NCBI GenBank assembly: GCA_050916045.1
Contig: CP051526.1
Span: 3,232,001-3,296,000, forward strand
Direction of reading: 5' to 3'
Origin: Tepidisphaera sp.
GTDB taxonomy: Bacteria > Planctomycetota > Phycisphaerae > Phycisphaerales > UBA1924
DNA length: 64,000 nucleotides
Within the stretch, counting starts at the first letter, position 1, and each line of letters opens with the position of its first letter. Positions 10,232 to 19,707 of the stretch are shown piece after piece. A program made the translations under genes and the position numbers. Below the pieces are notes generated by a model. The model ran no database searches. It was not told the DNA's origin and saw nothing but the letters and a program-made list of their open reading frames with translations.

Positions 10232-11782
10232 ATGAACAGAGGTACGAGCGTCTCGTCGACGGGCATGCGGGTCGGCGGGTTCAAGAGCGGGCGTCGCGTG
10301 GATCGGGGCGGTCTGCGGCTTGGGATCGCGGCGCTGGCGGTCTGCGGGCTCGCGGTTTCCGCGCTGGCGCAGAACACCGCGCCGGGCGGGGGCGCCCCGT
10401 CTCCGCAGAAGCAGCCCCCGGCCGCGACGCCGGCGGCGCCGGCGGTCAAGATCCCCGAGCCGATCGAGCCCGGCCCGTACGTGCGGCGGACGGATCTTTC
10501 GTACTGGGCGTTCACGATGCACATGCGCCTGTACAAGGGCGGCCAGTCTTTCGATGAGAAGGGCACCCGGCTTTCGTTCCGGTACGACCTGCCGTTTGAG
10601 ACGATGACGGTGGTCTTCCCGATGCTCCCGGAGACATCGGGCTCGGTTCCGCGCCCGAACGAAGCCGTGGCCAAGCTGGTGCTCGGCGGAAGGGAAGTGG
10701 TCGGCGGGAACTTCCTTCCCCCCGGCGCGGTGCCGGACAAGAGTCTTTTCCCGGCCAAGCCGGAGATCCTCGAGCGTCACTTCTCGGGGCTGCCGTACCA
10801 CTCGGGCGTGAAGCTTGCCAAGCTCAGCCACGGGGAGCTCGGCAAAACTCAGCAGACCAAGGGCGTCCGCTTCCAGATCGACCTGCCGATGATGGCGTGC
10901 AACACGGTCTTTGACGAATCCAAGGCGCTGTACGTCCCCTGGCCCAAAGGCCCCTGGCCCGCGGCGGCCAACAGCACCTTTCTCCCGCAGCAGTGGATCG
11001 ACTTTGAGGTGCGGCCCGACGGGCTGATCCAGAAGTACGACGATGCGGTCTTCAAGGCGCTCATCGACAAGTGGCTCAAGGGCCAGGATCCCAAAGCCGC
11101 GTTCACGCCGGTGGGGCTCGCGAAGGTCCTGATGGGCGGGATGGTCAAGGACATCGCCCCGGACATCAACGTGCTGAACTACCGGCTTGAGCGGCCCATC
11201 AGCGACAACACGGACCCGGTGGACGCGGTGCTTGCGGGAGCGACGTTCCTGGTCGGGCTTCAGGTGCGCGGGGCCGAGTACGCGGCCCGCGAGAAGAAGG
11301 TCTCCGAGTGGGACTACGCGTGCCTGGGCGCCGCGATCTTCCGCCGCTGCGGGCTGCCGACGCGGGTCGTGATCGGGTTTGACAAGCGGGAATCAGAGGA
11401 GCTCGAGAAGGGCCGCGAGCTTCGCGGCAAGGTGAAAGCGTGGTTTGAGTTCTACCTGTTTGACGAAGCCAACAACACGGGCAACTGGGTCATCTGCGAT
11501 CCGTACCGCTTGCGCAAGGACATGAACCAGCCGCCCAAGCTCGAAAACCCGTGGAAGTTCTTCGGGAGCCACGACGAGATGGAATCGGTGCTTCCCTTCG
11601 CGTTCCAGTTCCTTCCGCCGACGGATGTCCGCGCGTACGGGGCTCCGGCGTTCTGGGGCTGGCTTGTCACGCCGGGAACGCCGACGGACGCGCAGACCGG
11701 GATCGCGTTCACGGCCCGCAAGACGGCGGTGCCGCGGGACGCCCCGAAGAACCGGGACAACAAAGGCAAGCCGTTCAAGTAG
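10232..11782 (+). CDS. secreted protein with degenerate transglutaminase-like domain
   Basis: Signal-like N-terminus; DYACLGAAIFRRCGLPTRVVIG...AWFEFY...W...DP pattern. Confidence 0.65.
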   Translation: MNRGTSVSSTGMRVGGFKSGRRVDRGGLRLGIAALAVCGLAVSALAQNTAPGGGAPSPQKQPPAATPAAPAVKIPEPIEPGPYVRRTDLSYWAFTMHMRLYKGGQSFDEKGTRLSFRYDLPFETMTVVFPMLPETSGSVPRPNEAVAKLVLGGREVVGGNFLPPGAVPDKSLFPAKPEILERHFSGLPYHSGVKLAKLSHGELGKTQQTKGVRFQIDLPMMACNTVFDESKALYVPWPKGPWPAAANSTFLPQQWIDFEVRPDGLIQKYDDAVFKALIDKWLKGQDPKAAFTPVGLAKVLMGGMVKDIAPDINVLNYRLERPISDNTDPVDAVLAGATFLVGLQVRGAEYAAREKKVSEWDYACLGAAIFRRCGLPTRVVIGFDKRESEELEKGRELRGKVKAWFEFYLFDEANNTGNWVICDPYRLRKDMNQPPKLENPWKFFGSHDEMESVLPFAFQFLPPTDVRAYGAPAFWGWLVTPGTPTDAQTGIAFTARKTAVPRDAPKNRDNKGKPFK

Positions 11783-11817
11783 TTCGCATCGGGTTTCAGA
11801 CCCCAGCGCCCCCGCGC

Positions 11818-13614
11818 TCAGGGCTTTGCAAGGAGCTCGCCAAAGAGGGCGAGGTTCTGCGCGCGCTCCACGCGCACGGGGACGATCCGGCCGATCCAGT
11901 CCTTGGGCGTCGTGCCGCTCGGGCTTTCGAAGAAGACGATGTGGTCGCCGTCGGTGCGGGCCGCGAGCTGGACGGGCCCTTCGCTCGGCGTGAGGACCGA
12001 GTTCTCATCGTCGGCGACGGCGCAGGCTTCGTGCTGATGCGAGCCGCCCCCACCCCCACCCCCGCCGCCGCATCCGCGGTCGTCATCGTCGGAGTGCTTG
12101 CCGCCGATGGTGAGGGCGATCGTGCCGTTCTTCGGCTTGACGGAGGCTCGCCGCTCCTTCTTCGCGGCGATCTTGCTCAGCCCCTCGACGAAGACGTCGT
12201 ACGTTCCGCCGACGAGCGCGCGTGAGAGTTCATCCGAGATCGCCGTCTGCACGCCGAGGAGCCGCGCGTTGCGGGCCCGCTTCACGGCTTCGGGCACGTC
12301 ATCCGCGATCTTGTCGTACGCGACCGTGCCGGGGCGGGGAGAATACTTGAAGATGAAGCTGTTCTTGTACCGCACGCGCTCGACGAGCGCGACGGTCTTC
12401 TCGAAGTCCTCGTCGGTCTCGGTGGGGAACCCGACGATGAAGTCGCCGGAGATCGTGAGGGCCCGGCCGATCTCGGGCTGGTGCAGGAACGAATTCGCCC
12501 GGTCGATGAACTCGAGGTATTCGGCGACCGTGTACCCGCGGTTCATGAGCTTGAGCAGGCGGTCGGACCCGCTCTGGGCCGGCACGTGCAGGTAGCGGCA
12601 GAGGCGCGGATGGTCGCGGATCACCTCGAGCACATCATCGCCGAAGTCGCGCGGGTAGCTGGTGACGAACCGGAGCCGCTTGATCTCGGGCACCTCGTCG
12701 TGGATGCGGCGGAGGAGGTCGGCGAAGGTCGTGACGTTGGCTCCGGCGAGCGGGTCGCGCGCGTGGCCGCCGGTGAACGCCCGGCCCTTCTGCGGCTGAA
12801 CGACGCCGCCGAGCGTGACCGAAGCCCCGTGCTCGAAGCGGTAGTGGTTGACGGTCTGGCCAAGGAGGGTGACCTCGATGACGCCGGCCCCGGCGAGCCG
12901 CTTGCACTCTTCGATGATGTGCTCGGGGGGGCGGTGCATCTCAGCGCCGCGGGTGAACGGCACGACGCAGTAGGTGCAGAACTTGTTGCAGCCGCGGGTG
13001 ATGCGGACGTAGGCGGACTTGCGGCCGATGCCGGAGAAGGCGGAAGTGCCGCCACCCCCATCCTCCTCGCCCGAGACGATGTCCACCGGCGAGATCGACC
13101 GCGAGAGGTCCAGCATCTCGAGGGAGTCTTCGGCGGCGGAGAGGGTCGCGGTGCGACGGCTGGTGTTCCCCTGCAGGGCCACTTGCTTCGCGCTGCGGGC
13201 GGCGAGCTTGACGTCGGTGTCATCCTCGGTGGCATCGGCGAGCATGCTGTCGCGGGTGCGGACGGCGTTGTCGAGGAGGGCGGGCAGCTTGTCGAGTTCG
13301 CCCGGGCCGACGAGAACATCGACGACGGGCATGCGGCGGACGAGGTCGGCCCCGTCGCGTTCGGCGAGGCAGCCCATGACGCCCACCACCAAGCCGGGCT
13401 CGGTCTTCTTGCGGACGGCGAGCTCACCCAGGCGGCTCCAGACCTTCTGCTCGGCGTGCTCACGAACGGAGCAGGTGTTGTAGAGGACAACCTGGGCCTG
13501 CTCGGGCTCTTTGACGAAGCGGTAGCCGCGCGCGGCGAGAGCCCCGGCGACCAGCTCGCTGTCGAGCTCGTTCATCTGGCAGCCGAAGGTCTCGAGGTAC
13601 ACCGGGCGGGGCAT
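11818..13614 (-). CDS. miaB: tRNA-2-methylthio-N6-dimethylallyladenosine synthase MiaB
   Basis: TFGCQMN, NTCSVRE, CNKFCTYC radical SAM motif, TRAM domain. Confidence 0.93.
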   Translation of the reverse strand: MPRPVYLETFGCQMNELDSELVAGALAARGYRFVKEPEQAQVVLYNTCSVREHAEQKVWSRLGELAVRKKTEPGLVVGVMGCLAERDGADLVRRMPVVDVLVGPGELDKLPALLDNAVRTRDSMLADATEDDTDVKLAARSAKQVALQGNTSRRTATLSAAEDSLEMLDLSRSISPVDIVSGEEDGGGGTSAFSGIGRKSAYVRITRGCNKFCTYCVVPFTRGAEMHRPPEHIIEECKRLAGAGVIEVTLLGQTVNHYRFEHGASVTLGGVVQPQKGRAFTGGHARDPLAGANVTTFADLLRRIHDEVPEIKRLRFVTSYPRDFGDDVLEVIRDHPRLCRYLHVPAQSGSDRLLKLMNRGYTVAEYLEFIDRANSFLHQPEIGRALTISGDFIVGFPTETDEDFEKTVALVERVRYKNSFIFKYSPRPGTVAYDKIADDVPEAVKRARNARLLGVQTAISDELSRALVGGTYDVFVEGLSKIAAKKERRASVKPKNGTIALTIGGKHSDDDDRGCGGGGGGGGGSHQHEACAVADDENSVLTPSEGPVQLAARTDGDHIVFFESPSGTTPKDWIGRIVPVRVERAQNLALFGELLAKP

Positions 13615-13793
13615 AGGAGGGGAGTTTAGGGAGGAGAACGGGGGTGGGCTTTCGGCGTGGGGAATGGCGGGGGGATGGCGTGGCGTGGGTTGTTTGGGGG
13701 TGTGGGGGGGGGTGGGGGGGGTGTGGGGGGCTTCTGTGGTGCCCTTCATGGCGGCTTCACGGGGCGGGGAGCCGCGAGCGGCAGAGTCCGGGC

Positions 13794-14469
13794 ATGAACC
13801 AACCGAACCATGAAACGTCGCGCGGCGGAAGCAGCGCGGGGATGAACACCGGCGCGGCCGACCAGAAAGCCGGCCCGCAGGTGGATCCGAAGACCGCTCA
13901 GCAGGTCATTCAGGGCGAGCGGGACGCCGGCAGGGAAGCGGCCCGGCACGCCGGCGAACGCGACCGCGAAGCGATCCGACAGGCGGCGGAGATCGGCCAG
14001 ACCGGCCAGCGAGCCAGCCCGAAAGACCCGCCGCCGCCCGGCTCGCGGCCGCCGGAACTTCCCACCCCGCGCATGAGCGCCCCCACCCCCCCCCACCCCC
14101 ACCCCCACTCCCGCCCCCACCACCAAGCCCGGGCGCGAGGCGATGCCGGCAAGCCCGAACGGCGGCTGCTGCTCGGGCCAGATTGACAACCCAGTCGACA
14201 GCACACTCGAAAGCCCAATCGACAAGCCCGCAGACGGGCCGCTCGACGGTCCGCCCTCGGGCCTGCCGGTGGCCGACTCCGTCAAGCCCGCCACCGAGAA
14301 GCAGGTGGACAGCGCCGTCGCCGAGAGCTTCCCCGCCAGCGATGCGAGCTCGACGCAGCGTGAAAGGCCCGGCACCGGCGAGACCCCGCCCGACCTCAGC
14401 CACCGCCTGCCCCCCACCGCGACCGATGCCGAGCGCGAAGCGGTCCATCAGGCCCGCGAGGGCCGCTGA
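13794..14469 (+). pseudogene. low-complexity hypothetical protein with ESFPASD motif, split by an apparent +1 C in a homopolymer
   Basis: ORF from ATG 13794 and ORF 14143..14469 join if the C9 run at 14086-14094 is C8. Confidence 0.5.
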
Positions 14470-14551
14470 TCTTCCTTGTCCCCCTACCGGACGGTCCGCG
14501 CCAGTGAGCGATCGACCAGCCCGAAACGTGCTTCGCAAGAAGCACATGCAG

Positions 14552-14581
14552 AAAGACCCCGCGCGCAAGCGCGGGGTCTTT
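14552..14581. terminator. bidirectional terminator hairpin
   Basis: AAAGACCCCGCGC-GCAA-GCGCGGGGTCTTT perfect stem between convergent genes. Confidence 0.75.
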
Positions 14582-14586
14582 ACGTT

Positions 14587-14618
14587 GTGACTTCGTGACT
14601 CCGTGACTCCGTGGCTTC
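14587..14618. repeat. 8-bp tandem repeat (GTGACTCC-like x4)
   Basis: gtgacttc gtgactcc gtgactcc gtggcttc. Confidence 0.75.
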
Positions 14619-14619
14619 T

Positions 14620-15255
14620 TCAAGCCGCCATCGCGGCCCCGCCGAAGTTGACCGTGGCTTCATCGCTCGCGGCGGAGACGGCGTTGTTCCGCTGGGCGCG
14701 GATGACGTAGCTGACGCTCGGCACGCCGGCGGGGACGGTGTCATCGCGGAAGCTCTTGAGGGCGACGCTCCCGATCTGGAACCACTGCGGCAGGTTGCCG
14801 ACGCGGCGCCAGATGGTGAAGAAGGTCTGGTTCGCGGTCGAGCCCTTCCAGCGGATGGTGACGGTGCCATCGGCGTTGGGGTCGCCGACGACGTCGGTGG
14901 GCGGCTCGGGCGGGCCGGGGGGAGAGGGCGGGAGTGGCGGCGGGACGGACGCGGCCTGATAGACGGCGTTGGGGTTGGGCTGGCTTTCGGCGAAGGCTTT
15001 GATGAAGCGGAGCGCATCCGAGCCCAGGTCGGTCATGGCGTTGACATTGGTGCGCTGCCCGATGGTGGCGTTCTTGGAAGCGATGCGAGCGAGGGCGGCG
15101 GCGTCGAAGGCCGAGCGCGCGGCGACGATGGCGTTCTTGAGGCTGGTGCACTGGGCCGCAGTCAAACCAATGAGGGCAGGCGAAGCCTGCCAGGAATTGA
15201 TCCGCTGCTCAAACCACATGATGCGCTCGTTGATCTGCTCGGGGAGGACGGCCAT
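14620..15255 (-). CDS. hypothetical protein: helical N-terminal domain, Pro linker, fibronectin type III-like C-terminal domain
   Basis: AAGGA RBS; PPTDV...VTIRW...FTIWRR...FRD...SYVIRA FN3-like pattern; no signal peptide. Confidence 0.75.
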   Translation of the reverse strand: MAVLPEQINERIMWFEQRINSWQASPALIGLTAAQCTSLKNAIVAARSAFDAAALARIASKNATIGQRTNVNAMTDLGSDALRFIKAFAESQPNPNAVYQAASVPPPLPPSPPGPPEPPTDVVGDPNADGTVTIRWKGSTANQTFFTIWRRVGNLPQWFQIGSVALKSFRDDTVPAGVPSVSYVIRAQRNNAVSAASDEATVNFGGAAMAA

Positions 15256-15513
15256 GATGTTTCCTTTCTAGGTCGGGGCGGAAGCCCCGGCGTACTTGCC
15301 CTGCGCGGGCGATGCAAGGATCGAACGGCGATCCGAACGACTTAAGGGAAACTTCAGGAATAACAACCAAAAGACGTCCGGCCCGACCGTTCTTGGGTTC
15401 CTCGATCGGATCCGGTATAGTGCTCGCCGACAACCCGGTCTCATCCCCGCCCCACACCCCGCGCCCCACGCCCCTCGCCCCCACACCCCTCGCCGCCGCG
15501 CCTGGAACCCCCC

Positions 15514-16980
15514 ATGTTCGAGCAAGCCTTCCGCAGCATTGACAACGCCCTCCGCAAGGAAGCTGGCTGTACCACCGAACTGGACTACACCGAACAGACA
15601 TCTTGGCTTCTGTTCCTGAAGTACCTCGACGGGCTGGAGCAGGACAAGGCGGACGAAGCCGCCCTCGAAGGCAAGCGGTACACCTACATCTTGGAAAAGC
15701 CCTACCGGTGGGATTCGTGGGCCGCGCCCAAGAACAAGGACGGCACGCCCGACCACCACAAGGCCATGACCGGCGACGACCTGGTCGAGTTTGTCGATGA
15801 TTCGCTCTTCCCCTACTTGCAGAAGTTCACGCAGAAGGCCACCGGGCCCAACACCATCGAGTACAAGATCGGGCAGATCTTCGGCGAGATCAAGAACAAG
15901 ATCCAGAGCGGGACCAACCTGCGAGAGATCATCGACAGCATCGACGGGCTGGAGTTCCGCTCGCAGAACCAGAAACACGAGCTGAGCCACCTCTACGAAG
16001 CCAAGATCAAGAACATGGGCAACGCCGGGCGCAACGGCGGGGAGTACTACACGCCCCGCCCGCTCATCCGTGCCATCATCAAGGTGGTCAGGCCGCAGCT
16101 CGGCCAACGGATCTACGACGGGGCGGTCGGCTCGGCGGGCTTCTTGTGCGAGGCGTACGACTATTTGAAGGCCGAGCATCCCAAGCGGACGACCGCCCAG
16201 GACAAAGCCCTCCAAGAGAAGACCTTCTACGGCAAGGAGAAGAAGTCTCTCGCCTACGTCATCGCGATCATGAACATGATCCTGCACGGGATCGAAGCCC
16301 CCAACATCATCCACACCAACACGCTCACGGAGAATCTGGCCGACATCCAGGAGAAGGAGCGCTACGACATCATCCTCGCGAATCCTCCCTTCGGCGGGAA
16401 GGAGCGGGCCGAGGTGCAGCAGAACTTCCCGATCCGCACGGGGGAGACGGCGTACCTCTTCCTGCAGCACTTCATCAAGATGCTCAAGGCGGGCGGGGGC
16501 GGGGGGCGGGCGGGTGTGGTTATCAAGAACACCTTCCTGAGTAATACCGACAACGCCAGCGTCAGCCTGCGGAAGATGCTGCTGGAGTCGTGCAACCTGT
16601 TCGCGGTGCTGGATTGCCCGAGCGGTACGTTCCAAGGGGCGGGCGTCAAGACGGTGGTGCTGTTCTTTGAGAAGGGTGCCCCGACACGGAAAGTGTGGTA
16701 CTACCAGCTCGACCCCGGTCGGAACATGGGCAAGACCAACCCGCTGAACGACGACGATCTGGCGGAGTTCCTCTCGCTGCAACCCAAGCAGAAGGACTCG
16801 GACAAGTCGTGGACGGTGGATGTGAAGACGCTGGATCCGGCGACGTTTGACCTGTCGGTGAAGAACCCGAATGGCGGCGAGGTGGTGACGCACCGGACGC
16901 CGCAGGAGATTCTCGACGAGATCGCCTCTCTGGACGCCGAGAGCGCCGGCGTGCTCGAGACTATCCGAGGTCTGCTGTGA
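15514..16980 (+). CDS. hsdM: Type I restriction-modification methyltransferase subunit
   Basis: GEYYTPR, YDGAVGSAGFL, NPPF motifs. Confidence 0.95.
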   Translation: MFEQAFRSIDNALRKEAGCTTELDYTEQTSWLLFLKYLDGLEQDKADEAALEGKRYTYILEKPYRWDSWAAPKNKDGTPDHHKAMTGDDLVEFVDDSLFPYLQKFTQKATGPNTIEYKIGQIFGEIKNKIQSGTNLREIIDSIDGLEFRSQNQKHELSHLYEAKIKNMGNAGRNGGEYYTPRPLIRAIIKVVRPQLGQRIYDGAVGSAGFLCEAYDYLKAEHPKRTTAQDKALQEKTFYGKEKKSLAYVIAIMNMILHGIEAPNIIHTNTLTENLADIQEKERYDIILANPPFGGKERAEVQQNFPIRTGETAYLFLQHFIKMLKAGGGGGRAGVVIKNTFLSNTDNASVSLRKMLLESCNLFAVLDCPSGTFQGAGVKTVVLFFEKGAPTRKVWYYQLDPGRNMGKTNPLNDDDLAEFLSLQPKQKDSDKSWTVDVKTLDPATFDLSVKNPNGGEVVTHRTPQEILDEIASLDAESAGVLETIRGLL

Positions 16981-18209
16981 GAGAATGGAAAACGTCAACG
17001 CTCGGCGAACTATTTGAGATTGCGAGGGGAGGGTCGCCGCGCCCAATCAAGAACTTTATCACGACTGCCGCTGACGGTGTGAACTGGATCAAGATCGGAG
17101 ATGCCAAGCTAGACGGCAAGTACATCTATTCGACCGAGGACAAGATCAAGCCAGCGGGGATGAAACGATCGCGATTCGTCAAAGAAGGCGACTTCATTCT
17201 CTCCAACTCGATGAGCTTTGGCCGTCCCTACATCTTGAAGACCAGTGGCTGCATTCATGACGGTTGGCTACTCCTGCGCCCACGCGCAGCGGGCATAGAC
17301 GAGAATTTCCTGTACTACGCGCTTAGCTCAAATGTGGTTTATGACCAGTTCGATCGACTCGCTGCTGGCAGCATTGTCCGAAACCTGAACATCGATTCAG
17401 TCAAGAGTGTGCAGATTGCCGTGCCGCCCCTCCCCGAACAGCAGCGGATCGTCGGCATCCTCGACGAAGCGTTCGCCGCCATCGCCACCGCCAAGGCCAA
17501 CACCGAGAAGAGCCTCACCAACGCCCGCGCCCTCTTCGTAAGCCACCTGCAAGCCGTGTTCATCCAGCAGGGCGAGGGGTGGAAGGTTCAGAAGGTCGGC
17601 GATATTGCCAAGTACTCATTCGGTAAAATGCTCGACAAGGCGAAGAACAAGGGCAAGCCTCAGCCCTACCTCCGCAACGTAAATGTCCGTTGGTTCAGCG
17701 TCGATCTCTCGGACATGCTCGAAATGCGATTCCTCCCGGAAGAAGCGGATAAATACACCGCCATCAAGGGCGACGTGCTGATCTGCGAGGGCGGCTATCC
17801 GGGTCGATGTGCCATCTGGGGTGAGGACTATCCGGTCTATTTCCAGAAGGCGCTGCACCGGGTCCGATTCCAAGAGCCCGCCCACAACAAATGGCTCGTC
17901 TACTACCTGTACCTTCTCGACACGAGTGGGCAACTCCGACAGTACTTCACAGGGTCGGGCATTCAACACTTCACTGGCGAGGCTTTGGGCCGACTGAACC
18001 TGCCAATCCCGCCGCTCACGCAACTCCGGCGGTTCGTTGCCCGTTTTGAAGACCTGCATACCGAAACCCAACGCCTCGAATCCCTCGCCCAGCAGAAACT
18101 CGCCGCCCTGGACGCCCTCAAGAAGTCCCTCCTGCACCAGGCCTTCACGGGGCAACTGACCGCGGACGCAGTAGCCCGCACGCCGCGCACTGGCGTAAGC
18201 GTTCGCTAA
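16977..18209 (+). CDS. hsdS: Type I R-M specificity subunit
   Basis: Two TRDs followed by PPLPEQQRIV and PPLTQLRRFV conserved regions; ends KKSLLHQAFTGQL; GTGA overlap with hsdM. Confidence 0.95.
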   Translation: MREWKTSTLGELFEIARGGSPRPIKNFITTAADGVNWIKIGDAKLDGKYIYSTEDKIKPAGMKRSRFVKEGDFILSNSMSFGRPYILKTSGCIHDGWLLLRPRAAGIDENFLYYALSSNVVYDQFDRLAAGSIVRNLNIDSVKSVQIAVPPLPEQQRIVGILDEAFAAIATAKANTEKSLTNARALFVSHLQAVFIQQGEGWKVQKVGDIAKYSFGKMLDKAKNKGKPQPYLRNVNVRWFSVDLSDMLEMRFLPEEADKYTAIKGDVLICEGGYPGRCAIWGEDYPVYFQKALHRVRFQEPAHNKWLVYYLYLLDTSGQLRQYFTGSGIQHFTGEALGRLNLPIPPLTQLRRFVARFEDLHTETQRLESLAQQKLAALDALKKSLLHQAFTGQLTADAVARTPRTGVSVR

Positions 18210-18259
18210 CGAATACTCCAGTCCCGCGCGGGGGAAAGACGATAGAATCTCGACTCGGC

Positions 18260-19387
18260 ATGACACCCTCCCCGCCCAACCCCACGCCTCCCGCGCCCGT
18301 TCCACCCGGTGATCGCACCGTGCAACTTCGCTTTCACGCGGGTGACTTTGAAGGCGGGAACGTTCCGATCGCTGTGCTGGCGCAGAAGCTCCAAGCCCTC
18401 CAATCGTTGCTTTACCACGCCAGTGCTGCGGATTCTGGCACGCGCTCTCCGCGACTTGGCCAGTGGGTCGCCAAACACCGAGACGTGGCGGAACTCGCGT
18501 TCGTCGACTCCGAGCCCGGAAGCCTTGTCATCGACTTCGTGCTCCGCAACGCTGACCCGACGCTGCTCGCGACCCAGGCGCGCACGCTGGGCATCGCGGT
18601 CGCAGCGTTGGTCGCCGGCGCCCAAGGCTCGGTGCCTGAGGATGTTCAGCGCGAGGATGCGACCCACTTGCTCCAGGCCGTGGAAGATCTGTGCCCCTCA
18701 ACGTTTGACGACTATCAGATCGATGTTCGGTTTGGCGGTGCGGATCGGCCAAAGGTTGTGCTTACGAGCGACACCCGACGACTGATCCACGAGCGGATCA
18801 AGGCCGACGAGGCCGCGATGCTGGACGACGAGCCCGATATCACCTACGGCGTTCTGGTTCAGATCAACACCGGAAAGGGTGAAGACAAAATCGTCATCCG
18901 GGCTCCACGCTTTCTGGGCGACGGTGGCGGCATTGAGATCGATTGCTACTACCCCAACTACCTGCGAGACCAAGTTGCCAATATGGTCGGCGGCTCCCTC
19001 GTGGAAGTCATCGGGTTTACCACCCGTGCCTCGGATGGGAACATCAGCAAGTTTCGCGAGGTAATCGCCTTGGAGATGGTTGACACACAGCCGATCCGTT
19101 TGCGAACCCTTGAGCACGACGGCACCCGATTCACATTTGTCAACCCGTTCTCGTTCGACGTCGAGTTCTCCGGCGGGATCTGGGCGTATAGCAACGAGCT
19201 CCTGAACGTCAGCGGATTTGCCGAATCTCGCCAACTCGCGTTGCGAGAGCTGGCTGAGGCGATGTCCTACGTGTGGCGCGAGTTTGCGATGGCGGATGAG
19301 TCCGAGCTTGATGCCAAGGCTATCGAGCTTAAGCGGCGGCTTGTCGCGTCGGTGACCACTGCCCCATTGGCGAGGGGGGTAAGCTGA
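18260..19387 (+). CDS. uncharacterised multidomain protein with C-terminal HicB-like antitoxin domain
   Basis: C-terminal FDVEFSGGIWAYSNELLNVSGFAESRQLALREL resembles the HicB partial RNase H fold; TGATG coupling to the next gene. Confidence 0.6.
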   Translation: MTPSPPNPTPPAPVPPGDRTVQLRFHAGDFEGGNVPIAVLAQKLQALQSLLYHASAADSGTRSPRLGQWVAKHRDVAELAFVDSEPGSLVIDFVLRNADPTLLATQARTLGIAVAALVAGAQGSVPEDVQREDATHLLQAVEDLCPSTFDDYQIDVRFGGADRPKVVLTSDTRRLIHERIKADEAAMLDDEPDITYGVLVQINTGKGEDKIVIRAPRFLGDGGGIEIDCYYPNYLRDQVANMVGGSLVEVIGFTTRASDGNISKFREVIALEMVDTQPIRLRTLEHDGTRFTFVNPFSFDVEFSGGIWAYSNELLNVSGFAESRQLALRELAEAMSYVWREFAMADESELDAKAIELKRRLVASVTTAPLARGVS

Positions 19388-19707
19388 TGCCGCAGAAGGT
19401 AAAGGACATCCATCATGCCCTCACGTCGAAGGGATTCATCGTCCGCGAGTCCAAAGACAAGATGTACCACTTGTACGTCGAAGGCAAGAAGACGCCGATC
19501 TGGACCAAGGTGAGCCAAGGCGAGACCGAAGTGCATGATGCACTCCTCGGCACGATGGCCCGCAAGCAGCTTCATCTCTCGCGCAAGGACTTTGACCGCC
19601 TGATTGAATGTCCCCTGTCTGCTGCCGAATACGTTACAATGATGCGGAAGGCAGGGAAGATCGCACCACCAGCGGGCAGCAATGAACGAAGCCGAGACCA
19701 GAGCTGA
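19387..19707 (+). CDS. HicA-like small basic protein (putative toxin)
   Basis: ALTSKGF...GKKT.I.TKVSQG...MARKQL.L....F..LI.CPLS pattern of the HicA-like family. Confidence 0.65.
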   Translation: MPQKVKDIHHALTSKGFIVRESKDKMYHLYVEGKKTPIWTKVSQGETEVHDALLGTMARKQLHLSRKDFDRLIECPLSAAEYVTMMRKAGKIAPPAGSNERSRDQS

